The notes under the pieces are model-generated. The model saw only the letters and a list, made by a program, of their open reading frames with translations, searched no databases and was not told the origin of the DNA. 64,000 nucleotides of DNA, from assembly GCF_963921235.1 (NCBI RefSeq), contig NC_086123.1, positions 1,550,001-1,614,000 of the forward strand, given 5' to 3'. The first letter of the stretch is position 1. The number at the start of each line of letters is the position of its first letter. Below, in pieces: positions 28,501 through 40,651 of the stretch. Source of the DNA: Mobula hypostoma. Taxonomy: Eukaryota. Position numbers and translations under genes: made by a program.

Positions 28501-28517
28501 GACCCTTACTTACTCAC

Positions 28518-28640
28518 CCAGGCCCGCGTCGTAAGATTCCCTCGATTCTTCCGAAGCGCTTTTAACAATCTGCCGGCCTCACTGGCGACCGGCACCCACG
28601 GGCACCATTCCTCAGATTTCCCAGCGGCCCCTCCCGAGGG
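28518..28640 (-). other. CTU1: Probable non-coding exon 1 of CTU1 (TSS approximate); implies ~22.2-kb intron 1
   Basis: Consensus donor G|GTGAGTAA at the edge of a GC/CpG-rich patch upstream of CTU1; the coding exon has an acceptor just before its ATG, so an upstream exon is required. Confidence 0.6.
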
Positions 28641-28790
28641 TGACTTTCCACTGGCTGGCAGGACGTCACGTGATTCAAACCGCTCGGCCAATGGCAGCGG
28701 CCGAGCCGTCGCGGTGGGTGCTGGAAGTTGTAGTGTTTTTGTTATTTCAGCTTCGGTTCGCAGCTGGTCGGAGGTTGCTGCTGGCGAAGG
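28520..28790. promoter_or_regulatory. Putative bidirectional CpG-rich promoter shared by CTU1 and SIRT4
   Basis: CpG-rich; GACGTCACGTGAT (CRE-like plus E-box/CLEAR-like) 28662-28674; CCAAT 28688-28692; ACTACAACTTCCAGCA on - strand 28734-28719 (ZNF143/THAP11-type); outward-facing splice donors on both strands. Confidence 0.7.
28735..28789 (+). other. SIRT4: Probable non-coding exon 1 of SIRT4 (TSS approximate)
   Basis: AAG|GTCAGT donor at 28789/28790; the SIRT4 ATG sits directly after an acceptor AG, so an upstream exon is required. Confidence 0.55.
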
Positions 28791-29052
28791 TCAGTTTCTG
28801 ACAGTTGTGTGAAGAAGGGTCGGTCTCCGGACAGAGCATGTCACTTAATCTGACGTCTCCGGAGAGAGCATCTCACTTAATCTGACTTTAAAAGGTGCTA
28901 TTACTGCGATCAGAGAGAATATATTTTGGTTATGTAATCAGAACCGACAAGGCTTGGTCATAATACGGTGGGTGAGTTTAGGGGAAGGGGCTGTTAGCAA
29001 TAATTTGGGATGGCAATGAGAATTTGAAGGCATGCATTGGAGGGCAAATAGG

Positions 29053-32000
29053 CAGGGGTGCAGTGCTAATTTTTTAGGTGCCGGAGCTGACAAAATGCTT
29101 GCCATTTCCTATATCCTCTCTCTATATTTATGTCACACCCGATTTGTGTACCTGCTCATTTCATGTACTAGGCAACTTCCTTGCCCCATTCATGTAATGA
29201 GCAGGTACACAAATTGGGTATTGGGTGTGACTAAATAAATAAATAGATAGATAGATATTTAAATAGCTTCTTATAATGTCAAGCACTAAAGGATGAAAGA
29301 AATATATGAATTCCAAAGCTCCACAGAAATATAGTGACAGTTAAGACATTAACAAGATTATAGCCTGTCACAACATTTCAGTGTATAACTGGTACAATAA
29401 AACATATTAATTTATAACATGACAAAGTATTGCACAGTTGCACTCACTAATTATCATAAAATATAATTATCAAGCAAGTAAAGAAAAAAATGGTAATCAT
29501 GTATTTTACCAATTTAAAAGTAATTACCTACTTACCAAATGCCACCAATGAGAAGTTTCACAATAATTTCCACAAAGGGTCGGGTGTAATATGTGTTGGG
29601 GGGTCTGAAGAAACTCTTGTCCTGGTGTCATCTGCTGATCTGTGGTACTGCAGCCATGATGTGACATACAGCTCAGGATTCCACTGAACTAAAGGAGGTC
29701 CATGTAGTTTAACAAACATAAGTGATGATACATAATTTATGAGAATTCTTGAATGTGTTGTTGTTATTATCAAGTTCATGTGACTGAATCCTCGCTCACT
29801 CAGCAGTACTAATAGGAATAACTTGTGAACAGCTCAGTAATGGGCATAAATCTTGGGGGATGCGGCGTCCACGCTCCTCCACATAATCTCTGAAGGCATG
29901 TATTACAGAGGAAGAAGAAAGCTTAAACCTCTTACAGAGAGATGATATTGCAGCTTCTCCATAATTAGGCAGTGTTTCTCCAGGCCAGTTATCTTTATCA
30001 AGGACACACATTTCATTTAGCAGGGATTTATACATACTTTGAGGTTTAGAAGTTTGAGAACCTTTCAAGGATGTTGCCGTGAACGTTCAGTGCTGAAAAT
30101 TGTTTATAAGACTAGTAAGAAACTGTAGATAATTAATGGAGACAATTTTGTTGTTGCTTGTTAAGGTAATTTCTCCAAACTTCCCCTTTTCAATTACCTC
30201 TTGAGCTTCTAGAGTTCTTGTACCAGGTTGCTCTTTCAGTCCGTGCAGTGATCTTATGCTCCGTTGGATCAATTTGTCAGCATAAACAATCGTAGTAGTG
30301 CGTTTCTGTAACATTCTGACAGTAAACCAAGTTCATGCAACGTGACATACATTAGAGTCCAATAGAAACTGTTCTGAAGAGTCTTTTCAACAGACCTTCA
30401 CAGGTTTTTCTGTCACTCCCAGATCTTGTTTCATCCTTCATTGCTTTTTCAAAATGAAAACACAGTGCTTCATAATTTTGCACACTGCTGCAACTGTTCG
30501 AAACAAGCTAGCTACCCACCCACCTGGTGCTTGTTTTGCAAATTTGTTGTTCTAGCTGAGAGGCACATTCAGACGGTTCCTTTTGATCTACTGTAAACAG
30601 AGTACAATTTGTCCATAAATGATTGAAAATGATTTATTCCATGAACTTCTGTCACCAAATCACCTACTGCAAGTTGTAATCTGTGATTAAATCAGTGCCA
30701 AATTATCACATCAGGGTAATGTTCCTTGAGAATTGTAGCAACACCAGATTTGACACCAAGCACTATGCTCACTCCATCACTAGCAAATGCTACAAGGTTC
30801 TGTTTCAAGTAAGAGTCATCAAACCCATGGTTATTGAGACAGTTCAATTGATGCTAGCAATAGTTGCAGCTTTCTGATCAGGCAGTTCAATTAGATCTAA
30901 AAACCTAAAATGGGGATCTCCTTCCTTATTACTTTCACATTTCAAATAAACTCTTAATACTCAGGCTTATTGACTCATCAATGAGAACAGAAAGTTTGCT
31001 ATTTATCTGCTTGATATGCTGGCAAATTTTCTTTTTCATATTAATGGCTATGTGATTAATTATCTCTGTAGCACTAGTGTGGGAATGCAGTCCAATTCCA
31101 ATGTCAGTACCTTTTTTTTGAAGTTCCAATAAGCCATAGTGATCAGAGTATGGTCTGTCACTCTGAGCTAAATAATATGCAGAACGAAAAATTGAACAAG
31201 TTACCTTTAGAAGTGAAGCATTCATAGTGTCACATAATTTTCCAAGAGCATCTTAACTAGCTATATTTTCAACACTTAGAGCAGCAGTGTGAGCTTTTGA
31301 TAGTTTGTGATCAACAATTTATTTTCCAAGAGACTTCAAGCGTGTACTTCGATCAGCTCCATAATTGGATACTTGGTACATCTGCCCTGCCAATTCTCCC
31401 GTGGTCTTTAAGTTCTTGGGGCTGTAGCACTTTACATAGCTAGCCAGCCATCCCTTACTAGCCTTAAACTCCTTCCTCTTGCTCTCCTCAACCCCCTCAC
31501 AGTAGTGCTCATAGAGGCTCAGTGCTTTTTCATGCATAATTTTGCCATCAACAGGGATATGCTTCTGTGACATGTCCTCCAGCCATACACTTAACGCTTT
31601 CTCAGTCTTTGCAGGCACTTTATCATGAACCAGAGAGACCAGTTTTGCCGTTGTAGGGGTAACACTAACACTTCCAGGAATTTCAGCTTCTTTCTGCTTT
31701 ATTGTGTGAATGCTTGATTCGTTCTTACCGACCTTACGGCCCACTTTGGCAAGCAACATGCCACTTTTCAAAAGATCTAAGATTTTAATTTTCTCGGCGA
31801 ACAATACTCAAACAACGAGTGCTGGAGAGATACTGAGGATCTGTGAAATGGCGGGAGGCTACAGCAGGGTATGCTGGGACAATGGGTCGAAAACAGTCAC
31901 AGCTCCAGGATTTCACCAAAAACGATCAAATATCCCAATGTTATTAGTGATATTTTCCCCACCAGCCACCACCCCCTCTCCCCAACCCCCACTTCCGTAA

Positions 32001-32117
32001 AATCCCCTCTATTTAATATGCGGCTGCTGTTAAATTCCCCGCTTGTTTATTTTAACGTTTTTTTTACAGAGTTGCCGGAGCAGTGCTCCGGTGAGCTCCG
32101 GCATCACTGCACCCCTG
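29053..32117 (-). mobile_element. Decayed hAT transposon with KIAA1586/ZNF862-like transposase
   Basis: TIRs CAGGGGTGCAGTG / CACTGCACCCCTG; perfect 8-bp TSD CAAATAGG (29045-29052, 32118-32125); IFRSAYYLA..RPYSDH, VLIDES, IPISTAE, MFVKLHGPPL. Confidence 0.9.
31375..31804 (-). mobile_element. Tigger transposase N-terminal fragment (HTH_psq plus CENP-B-type HTH) inside the hAT
   Basis: EKIKILDLLKSG..VGRKVGKNESSI..EKALSVWLED..EFKASKGWL. Confidence 0.85.
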
Positions 32118-32483
32118 CAAATAGGTCTCAGAGAGGAACACAATGCCTCACAAACTAGCCAGCTACCTTCTGTGGAAGAGTTCACCAGCCACGGTAGAAC
32201 CTGCAAAATTTACAAGCAAGCAAGCTATCCTAATCCCAAAGAGACAGGCAATGGCCACTCTATTAGTCATCACTCCCATTGAATAGCATTATCACCACCG
32301 AATCACTCCGCCTTGAATAGCCAAGGAGATTGTTCTGGTCACCAGAGACTGGCTGTACAAATAGTGTTTTCCAGTCCTGATGAAGGATCTCGGCCCAAAA
32401 CATCAACTGTTGACTCTTTTCTATAGAAGCTGACTGGCCTGCTGAATTCCTCCAGCATTTTGTGTGTGTCCTATAAATAGTGT

Positions 32484-32774
32484 TGGGGCATGGCCAAGTG
32501 GTTAAGGTGTTGGACTAGAGATCTGAAGGTCGTGAGTTCGAGTCCCAGCCGAGGAGGTGTGTTGTGTCCTTGAGCAAGGCACTTAACCACACACTGCTCC
32601 AGTCCACCCGGCTGAGAATGAGTATCGGCAAATGCTGGGGATTACCCTCGCGATAGACTGCCATCCTATCGGGGGGGGGGGATTCTCGTACTCTCGGTGG
32701 CTTCACACCACGGAAATCGGCATAAACACTGGCCTGATGAGCCTATAAGGCTCGGGACAGACTTTAACTTAACT
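32484..32774 (+). mobile_element. tRNA-derived SINE with (TTAAC)n tail
   Basis: A box TGGCCAAGTGG, B box GAGTTCGAGTCC; ~12-bp TSD TATAAA(T/C)AGTGT. Confidence 0.85.
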
Positions 32775-34273
32775 TATAAACAGTGTGTCTGTGGGAGCAA
32801 GTTATCAAGTTATGTACTGGAAAGTGATTTAACTCCTGCCTCCCAGGACCTTTCAGGCATATCAGGGATGTCAGAATATTCTCCACTATACTAGTGAACA
32901 TGAAGCTGCTTAACATTATCAGGGATAAAGCCCAACTGACTTGCACACCATCTAGTGCTGTAAATATTGATGGCCTCCATTTCGGGCACACCCTTGCTTC
33001 CGGTCTATACCTTCCATAAACTCAACTACAAATCACCAACCACAGGAACAGGCCCTTCAACCATGATGTTGAGAAACTGATTCAACTGGTATTTAAACAC
33101 TTCACTGAATAATCTCTTCTGCCTGCACATACCCATATCTGTCCCTTTTCTATGTTTGAAGGATCATCACCACCCACGTCAGTGTGCATGAGCAAGTTGC
33201 ACTGGAAGGGTTTCACACCAGCAGCTTAGATCTCCTTATCACTCAGCAGTTGTCCTTCAGGCTGCAGACTCTCAGCCTCGTGTGTGCACTTCAGGGATGC
33301 CAATTCCTGCTCAAGCCGTGAAACCAGAGTCTGATCTCTTCCAGCTGACGACATTGTGGTTTTTCAATAGTAGAAACATCTTGTGTTGTTATATGTCACA
33401 GGAAGTGCATTGGACAAGGTGGAGTGCCCTCCCGTGTCAATATGAGTAAAATTAAAGAACAAAAATAAAACAACTGCATTTTAGGAGAATCGCTTTCGTC
33501 CAATTTTCCAAAATAACAGTAGCTAAAATAAATAAGGTTTTTCTTTGATCTGAATGACAAGGAAAATACAAAATCACCATTCCTTCCTTTCCATTGTGAT
33601 CATGAGGATCTTTCTTAATGTATCTCTCCTGAAGCCATTGTGGCTCTCTGATTACGGTCTTCATTTAAAGCTGATGTACAATTCAATTCAGCTGATACAG
33701 CTATCAGAATTCAGGATGAAAATGCTTAAAAGGGCAATAGAGATAATAACTGGTGCAAAGTGACCTTGTATGTTCCAGAGGGCTTGCATTATATGTAAAT
33801 GTTTTCAAGCTTTAATGTAAACCAAGCAATAAATTATTTAAATTAAACCCCAAAACTATAAACTAAGTTAATTAAATACAAAACCTTTAAAAGAGCCATT
33901 AGAATTAAGGCCACAGTGATCAGGAGAATCTTATCAGATCAAAAATAACATGCGGTTGAAATAAGTAGGACTTACCCTGAGCAGCACACACAAAATGCTG
34001 GACAAACTGTGCAGGCCAGGCAGCGTCTATGGAAATGAGTACAGTCAATGTATCAGGCCGAGACTTATCCTGGTTCAGACAACAAAAAAAGATGCCAGCT
34101 ACTAATCAATCAAATTCTTCCTTTGCACTGACACATCCCTTTATATAAATTTCTCCTGGTTTTTGAGGCCTTAACTTTGATTCTTTATCCTAAATACTTA
34201 GATATTCTTTACTCTTTTGTTTTTAGAAACCATTTAGAAAAAAAATAGTGATTCTGCATGTGTTTATTTCTAG

Positions 34274-35059
34274 ATGCAGTTTCTGGCCACTGCAGAGAAA
34301 TGCCTCTTCTTGAAGCAAATCCGCAAGAGCTACTGTTCAGCCAATGCCTCTAACTTTTCATTTGTTCCTTCTTGCCTTCCTTTGGACACCATTGAGTTTG
34401 AGGATCTCCAGGAATTTCTCTTGCGGTCCAAGAAACTGTTTGTGCTAACTGGAGCAGGAGTGTCAACGGAGTCAGGTATTCCCGATTATCGCTCTGAAAA
34501 TGTGGGACTTTATGCTCGGACGGCAAAACGCCCCATTCAACACTCTGAATTTGTCCGCAGTGCCGAGGGCAGGCAGAGATACTGGGCACAAACTTACGTT
34601 GGCTGGCCACAATTTAGCTCTCGCCAGGTAAATGAAGCACACAAAGCTCTAAGTAAATGGGAGACAATGGGAAAACTGCATTGGCTGGTGACCCAGAATG
34701 TGGATTCATTGCATACGAAGGCAGGAAGCCGGAACCTGACTGAACTTCATGGCTGTTCGCACAGAGTGATTTGTCTTGGCTGTGGGGAGATAACCGCTAG
34801 GAGTCGCCTTCAAGAAGAATTTACAGCTCTGAATCCAGCTTGGATTGAAGAAGCACATCAAATAGCTCCAGATGGAAATGTTTTGTTTGCCGATGAGCAA
34901 GTCAAACACTTCAGCGTTCCCCCATGCAAGAATTGTGGTGGAGTCCTGAAACCTGATGTCACCTTTTTTGGAGACACAGTGAGCAAAGAGAAAGTGAATT
35001 TTGTCTATGAACGTGTGGCGGAGTCTGATGCGGTTCTAGTCGCTGGCTCTTCACTACAG
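34274..35059 (+). CDS. SIRT4: NAD-dependent mitochondrial sirtuin-4, first coding exon (join 34274..35059, 38322..38474; 312 aa)
   Basis: [20 protein letters not shown], catalytic ELHG, Zn ligands [23 protein letters not shown]; class II sirtuin loop APDGxV; basic N-terminal presequence-like region; CAG|GTGAGG donor. Confidence 0.97.
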
Positions 35060-38000
35060 GTGAGGGGCTGAGATTATCAAAGAGGTTGTCACTCGATCAG
35101 GATTAAAAGTGGCAGATCGAATTGTCTGATTTTTCACTTTTTTGACATCTTCTCACCCTGCGGACATCAGGTGTGGTTAGCTGCTAACTATCCAAGTAAC
35201 TATTGTTTACATTAATGTAGTCATCGCAATTTAAATTGCAGGACAGTGGAAGGAAACCCAGCTGAGAATTTACAGAGATCTGTGAAAAGCTTTCACTTAA
35301 GATAAATATCATTATGAGAAGAACAAAACTCTACTTTGCATTGAGCAACCATTCGTAGGATCTTCAAAATGGGGGCTTTCGTGAATCTTTGAAATTCTCA
35401 CTACCATAATTCTCCATACTTTATGGTTTGCTCTTTTCCTGTTACTGACATTTTAAAGAGAATAGTAACAGCGTTTTGGATACACTTCAGTTACTGGAAT
35501 CTGAAATTCAGTGTCTAAAAAGGTGGTAGAAGAGCATTCAATCATAGCATGAATTAAATTCAGTTCAAACTGCCTGTAAGGACAACATAGCTTGTCCCAT
35601 TCCACTGCCTATTCTCTGGAACTCTGATTCCTTTTTTAATCCATTCCTCTTTCTGAAAATCACATTTGAATCTGTTGCTGTGACCACAGCAGGTAATGCA
35701 TTCTAGGAGTGGACCGGCCACTCTATAAAAGGAAGCTTTTCTGCATATAGATATTGTTTCTTTTGCCAAACACTTCAAATCTCTGTTCTTTAGCTCTTGA
35801 CTCAGTTTCTCTCTACCTGGTTAATGGACTCCTCATTTTAAACACGTTTATCACATCTTCTCTCAATGCCCTCTGCTTGAAAAAAAGAGGGTAGGGAATG
35901 GGAGGTGACCAGACAAAATATTAAGTCTCCAAGAATAGGTGTATCTGTTCATGTCATTCTCAACTGTTTACTTCAACTGAAATGTTGTTCTGTGACTGTA
36001 ATTTATTGGAGACCAAACCATGTAAAATCTAACTGTGTGATTGATATCTTTATATTTCTGTCCTTAAGACTTTCCCAAATCCTACATTTATATTCTCAAT
36101 TTACTCAGTTCTGAATTTGATAAAAGCCACTGCGTACTTTCTGAAACATGAGATTCTGCAGATGCTGGAAATCTGAAGTAACTCACACATAATGCTGGAG
36201 GAACTCAGTTGGTCAAGCATTGTCTATGGAGAGGAATAAAGAAGCGATATTTCAGGCCTGGACCCTTCATCGGGACTGGAAAGGAGGCTAAAGGCAGAGT
36301 AAAGTGGAGGGGGAGGGAAAAGGGCTAGAAAGGAGTATACTTTCAGGGAGCATTCACCCTGCACCAAAAGATACAAGCAGAAAATACTAAACTGCACCAA
36401 TTTTGTGTTGTCATACACCACATTCCGTAATGACAGAACAACTACACATCCAGAATACTGCTCTGCAGTTATCAGGCAGTATTCCTTGTTCACATTTCCC
36501 ATCAAACAATTCTTATAAAAGGCTTGTAGGATTGCCACTGAAACTTCATATTCTAACTAGGTTGGAATATTAAGTCAGATTATGGACACCACATTTTAGG
36601 AAGCATGTTCAAAACTTGGATCACATGTGGAAGATTATCTTCTAGAATTATATCAGGGATAAGAGAAAATAGTTACCTGGAAGAATAAGAAAACCTGCTA
36701 TTGCTTTCCTTAGAGCTGCAAAGGCTACGAAGAGCTTTATTAGAGGTGTCCAACATGAAGGAATTTTTATAGAGCTGTGAAGAAAATAGGTGATTTTATT
36801 TTGAATGCTGAATTGTGATTTGTAAGGCACGGCCTAAAAAGGAGACAGTAGCCAACTATTCTTGAAAACTTTCAAAACTATAGCAAGATATTTTTAAGGG
36901 TTTAAAGTTATGCAGAGTGGAGCTAATTGGTTAGCTCAAAAAGGTCAAGTGATGTCCTTATGTGCTGCATTATGTTTATAATAATGTGTCTAGAGGATAT
37001 GTTAGTCCTCACAATGGTATTTCCTCTTCCTAGTAATTTGGATCAACATGCCATTTTTTTTTATACATGTTTCAGACTCAGTCTCTGAGGTAATGCTTAA
37101 AAACAGAGTGGACATAGTGCCTTTTACATTTGAGGAAATTAGGAAGGACGCCTCTTTTCCTGAGGAGCAGGCACTCTGTTTGGCTGCAGCAGATGTGAGG
37201 AAGACCCTAGCCCGGGTCAATCAATGTGAAGCTGTGGGGTCTGATAAAGTACCTGGTCAAATATTACTGAAATATTAAATACACAACACTCCTCCCTGTA
37301 TAGCTACAATCTCCAGCTCAACTACTATATACACATCCACAGCACAGAGGATTTTAAATTGTCCCGTTCAGGCGTAAGAATTTAATCACTGTGAAGAATT
37401 TATTAATCTAGTGAGATAAAGGCTTTCCTGACCAGCGAGGTCACTCTGCTCGGCAGGTTAGACTTGCGGCTGCGAAACAAATTCGAGTGCTTGTAGAGTT
37501 GACTCCAAGTGCAGGGAGTGGTCTGGCAGCTCTGGACACCTAACAATTGACACTGCTCTCCTCAGCTGATCGAGGTGTTGTCTCTGGGTGACATCAGACA
37601 CAATCTCTGCTGTGTAGGAGAGTGGTCCAGTCTGGTCCTTAATTTTGCCAAGTAGTCCCTTGTCCAGGGGTGAAACATCAAACCTCCTTGTTTGAAGAGC
37701 CCTCAATTTGTTTCAGTTGTTTGTCCTGCACACTCCTTCCGAGATTGGGTTTGCGCAGTTCGAAGGGCGAGTGTAAAGGACAAACCAGGAACAGCGTAAC
37801 TGGTGAATTGTTGGTTGTGCAGTATGCTGCATTGCGTTATGCATGGAGGAAACTGGTGTGCTCTGCTGACATTGTTTGCAATGTGTTTTTCACACTCTGG
37901 ACGAACCTTTCAGCCAAGCCATTCGTAGCTGGGTGGTATAGTGCAGATCTAATATGCCTTATTCCATTCATTTTCAGGAATGACTGAAATTATTCCCATA

Positions 38001-38321
38001 CGAACTGTGGCCCATTGTCACTAACACCAGTCTTAGAGAAGAGGATTCTCAACACATCAGCTGACTAGGAGACTATTGGAAACACTTCAGGCAACTTTGT
38101 AGATGCTCCTACTATACCAAGAATTTTGTGCCCATGAATGGCCTGGCAAAATGTACATGAATCCTCTGGAAGGACAATGCAGGCTTTTCTCAGTCGGGGG
38201 GGGGGGGGGTGAAAGGCATTAAGCTGCTGTCTTAGTGTTGGGTTCAGATACATGATGGATTACACCTGCCTGGGCAGTTTATCAATTAAAGTATTTAACT
38301 ATTTATGTTTTCCATTACTAG

Positions 38322-38474
38322 GTGTACTCAGGATATAGATTCATCATTGCAGCCTATGAGAAGAAGTTGCCAGTTGCAATACTAAATATTGGGGAGACCA
38401 GAGCGGATAAACTGGCCACCCTGAAAATCAGTGCTCGATGTGGGGAGGTTCTGCCAAGCATTCTTCCCTTTTAA
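38322..38474 (+). CDS. SIRT4: SIRT4 last coding exon
   Basis: TAG acceptor, then [53 protein letters not shown] in phase 0; too short for the ORF track. Confidence 0.96.
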   Translation: MYSGYRFIIAAYEKKLPVAILNIGETRADKLATLKISARCGEVLPSILPF

Positions 38475-39787
38475 CATTGTAAACGAGGAAGCTCCCAGTG
38501 TTGGTGAAATGTGATTCTGTGGATAAATAGATTATCCTAATAGATTAACAATAATGTAACAGCTTTTACCTCTTATTTCTCATTCACTGGTATATTTTTA
38601 TATATGCAGGCTGCATAGAATGTCTGTAGAGATCCAAAAAAAAACTTAATTGAGAAATTATATCTTCAATGCTTTTCCCGAGAAAGGGAATGCAACCACG
38701 ACCCAGTTGTTGTATTTTACTCAAAGGAATATTTACAAAAATGCGTGCCTCATCAACTCTATTATTTCAAGAAGTCACCTCTGACTCACATCATGTATGA
38801 TCACCTGCACTCAAAAAACAAGATGTACTTAAACAATCTTAAACACTTTTTCAAAGAGGAAAAAATGTAAATTCCTTAGTGGTCCTAAAGGGCAAAACAG
38901 AAACAACGCTTTATTCACTTGTTGCATTTCACCAATCATCGGCCTACAATATCTCCTGATAATAATGTTCCTATCCTGAAAAGTATTTGATCAAACTCTG
39001 CTTATCATTTTCAATAATATCGGCCAATATGTAATGATAGAATTGTCTAAATCATCCAGAAATAACCCCTAATGTGCGCAGAAAGAGCAAATAATTTTCA
39101 TGTCTTTGGTAACCTGGAGAAATGAACATACTTACCTACAGCAAAGCTTGGGATACTTCAGAACAATGTTCATATCAAAATCTTTCAACTACTCCCAAAT
39201 GTAAAATATGTCACCACAAACATAGAGGAAGGCTATCAACTCTATGTCATACCCATTATCTAACTATTTTATTCATACCACATTGTTATGGAATTATTAT
39301 TTTTGGTTTAAATAATTCTCTTGCAAAAATCAATGTTCTTTTGCTATGATTTCCTGATTTCCAGTTGGTATGTAAACACACAGAGAAGACACAAATAAAT
39401 GATACAGTTGCCTTTGAGCATGTTCTACATCCAACATAATTTAATCAATGATTCAGTGAAGATTGATTTTGAAAGGATCAATGGCCAAGTTGTGTAGTTG
39501 AGAGTTCAGCTACACACATAGTATGTGGTACCTGATTTGTCAAGAGGAACAAAGGCAAATTCTAGCCCTACAATTTATTTCAAGCCTGCAGTCAGCTAAC
39601 TGTATTTGGTCCAGTAATCCTCATATTATAAAGGAGTTATTAACTTTTAACGAAGATCAGCAAATTGCAAAAAGAGCACTGGATTGCTAAACAATGAGAT
39701 AAAAACAGTTGAGAGTAATGATTGGGCTCAAAAAATCATTAGCAGAATCAGTTTGGGTAGAGTTAAAACAGGCAGAGAACATTGGAG

Positions 39788-40005
39788 CAACACACATCAA
39801 AGTTGCTGGTGAACTCAGCAGGCCAGGCAGCATCTCTAGGAAGAGGTGCAGTCGATGTTTCAGGCCGAGACCCTTCGTCAGGTCTCAGCCTGAAACGCTG
39901 ACTGTACCTCTTCCTAGAGATTCTGCCTGGCCTGCTGCGTTCACCAGCAACTTTGATGTGGGTTGCTTGAATTTCCAGCATCTGCAGAATTCCTGTTGTT
40001 TGAGC
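39788..40005. mobile_element. Inverted (fold-back) pair of Penelope-pLTR mini-elements with 11-bp TSD
   Basis: GAACATTGGAG at 39777-39787 and 40006-40016; ~87-bp inverted arms. Confidence 0.85.
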
Positions 40006-40651
40006 GAACATTGGAGGGAGCTTGCTGTAGGTTCTGATGTAGTAGTAATGTAGGGGATGATATAAATTAGGAAATTGGAGACTCTTGTAGCAAGGATAAT
40101 GCAGTAACCAATAGGGACTTTCATCTACCTGTAGATTACATAAACCAAGTTATCAATAATAGTCTGAGCTGCAATCAGGAATGTTAACAGATAGTTACCC
40201 AGATCAATATTTTGAGGATTCAGTGAGGTATGGACTATTTTAGTCCTAGCAACATGCAATGAGAAAACAAGTGTTAAGGCAGGTTTTGGGAAAGAATGAT
40301 AACAATATGGTAGAACTTTACATAAAGATTGAAAATAGTTTAGTTTAACCTGAAATGAGGGTCTTAAATCTAAATAAAAGCAAACAGTCAGCTGAGAATG
40401 TAAATCTTTCATGTTTGTTTAGGTGCCAAAGAAAAACCATAGAAAAAAAAATCATCTCAAGTCTTTCATTCCCCCAATAGGATTATTTAATATTTTTTTC
40501 AGGAAACAATGCCATGAATAAAACATTTAGATCGGGGCATGACATGGGCCTCCCTCTTTGTTTTATACGAACCTATGGTCACACATTTGAGAACATTGGG
40601 TTTTGACATTAATGTTAACATTGTCCTGAAGTATCCTAAGTGGTTATGGTC

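Noticed and set aside
32484-32560. tRNA-like sequence
   Set aside because: Head of a SINE with a tail and TSD, not a stand-alone tRNA gene
32733-32760. CTGATGA-GCC..GGC resembling a hammerhead
   Set aside because: Not followed by GAAA or an NUH site; SINE 3' stem-loop
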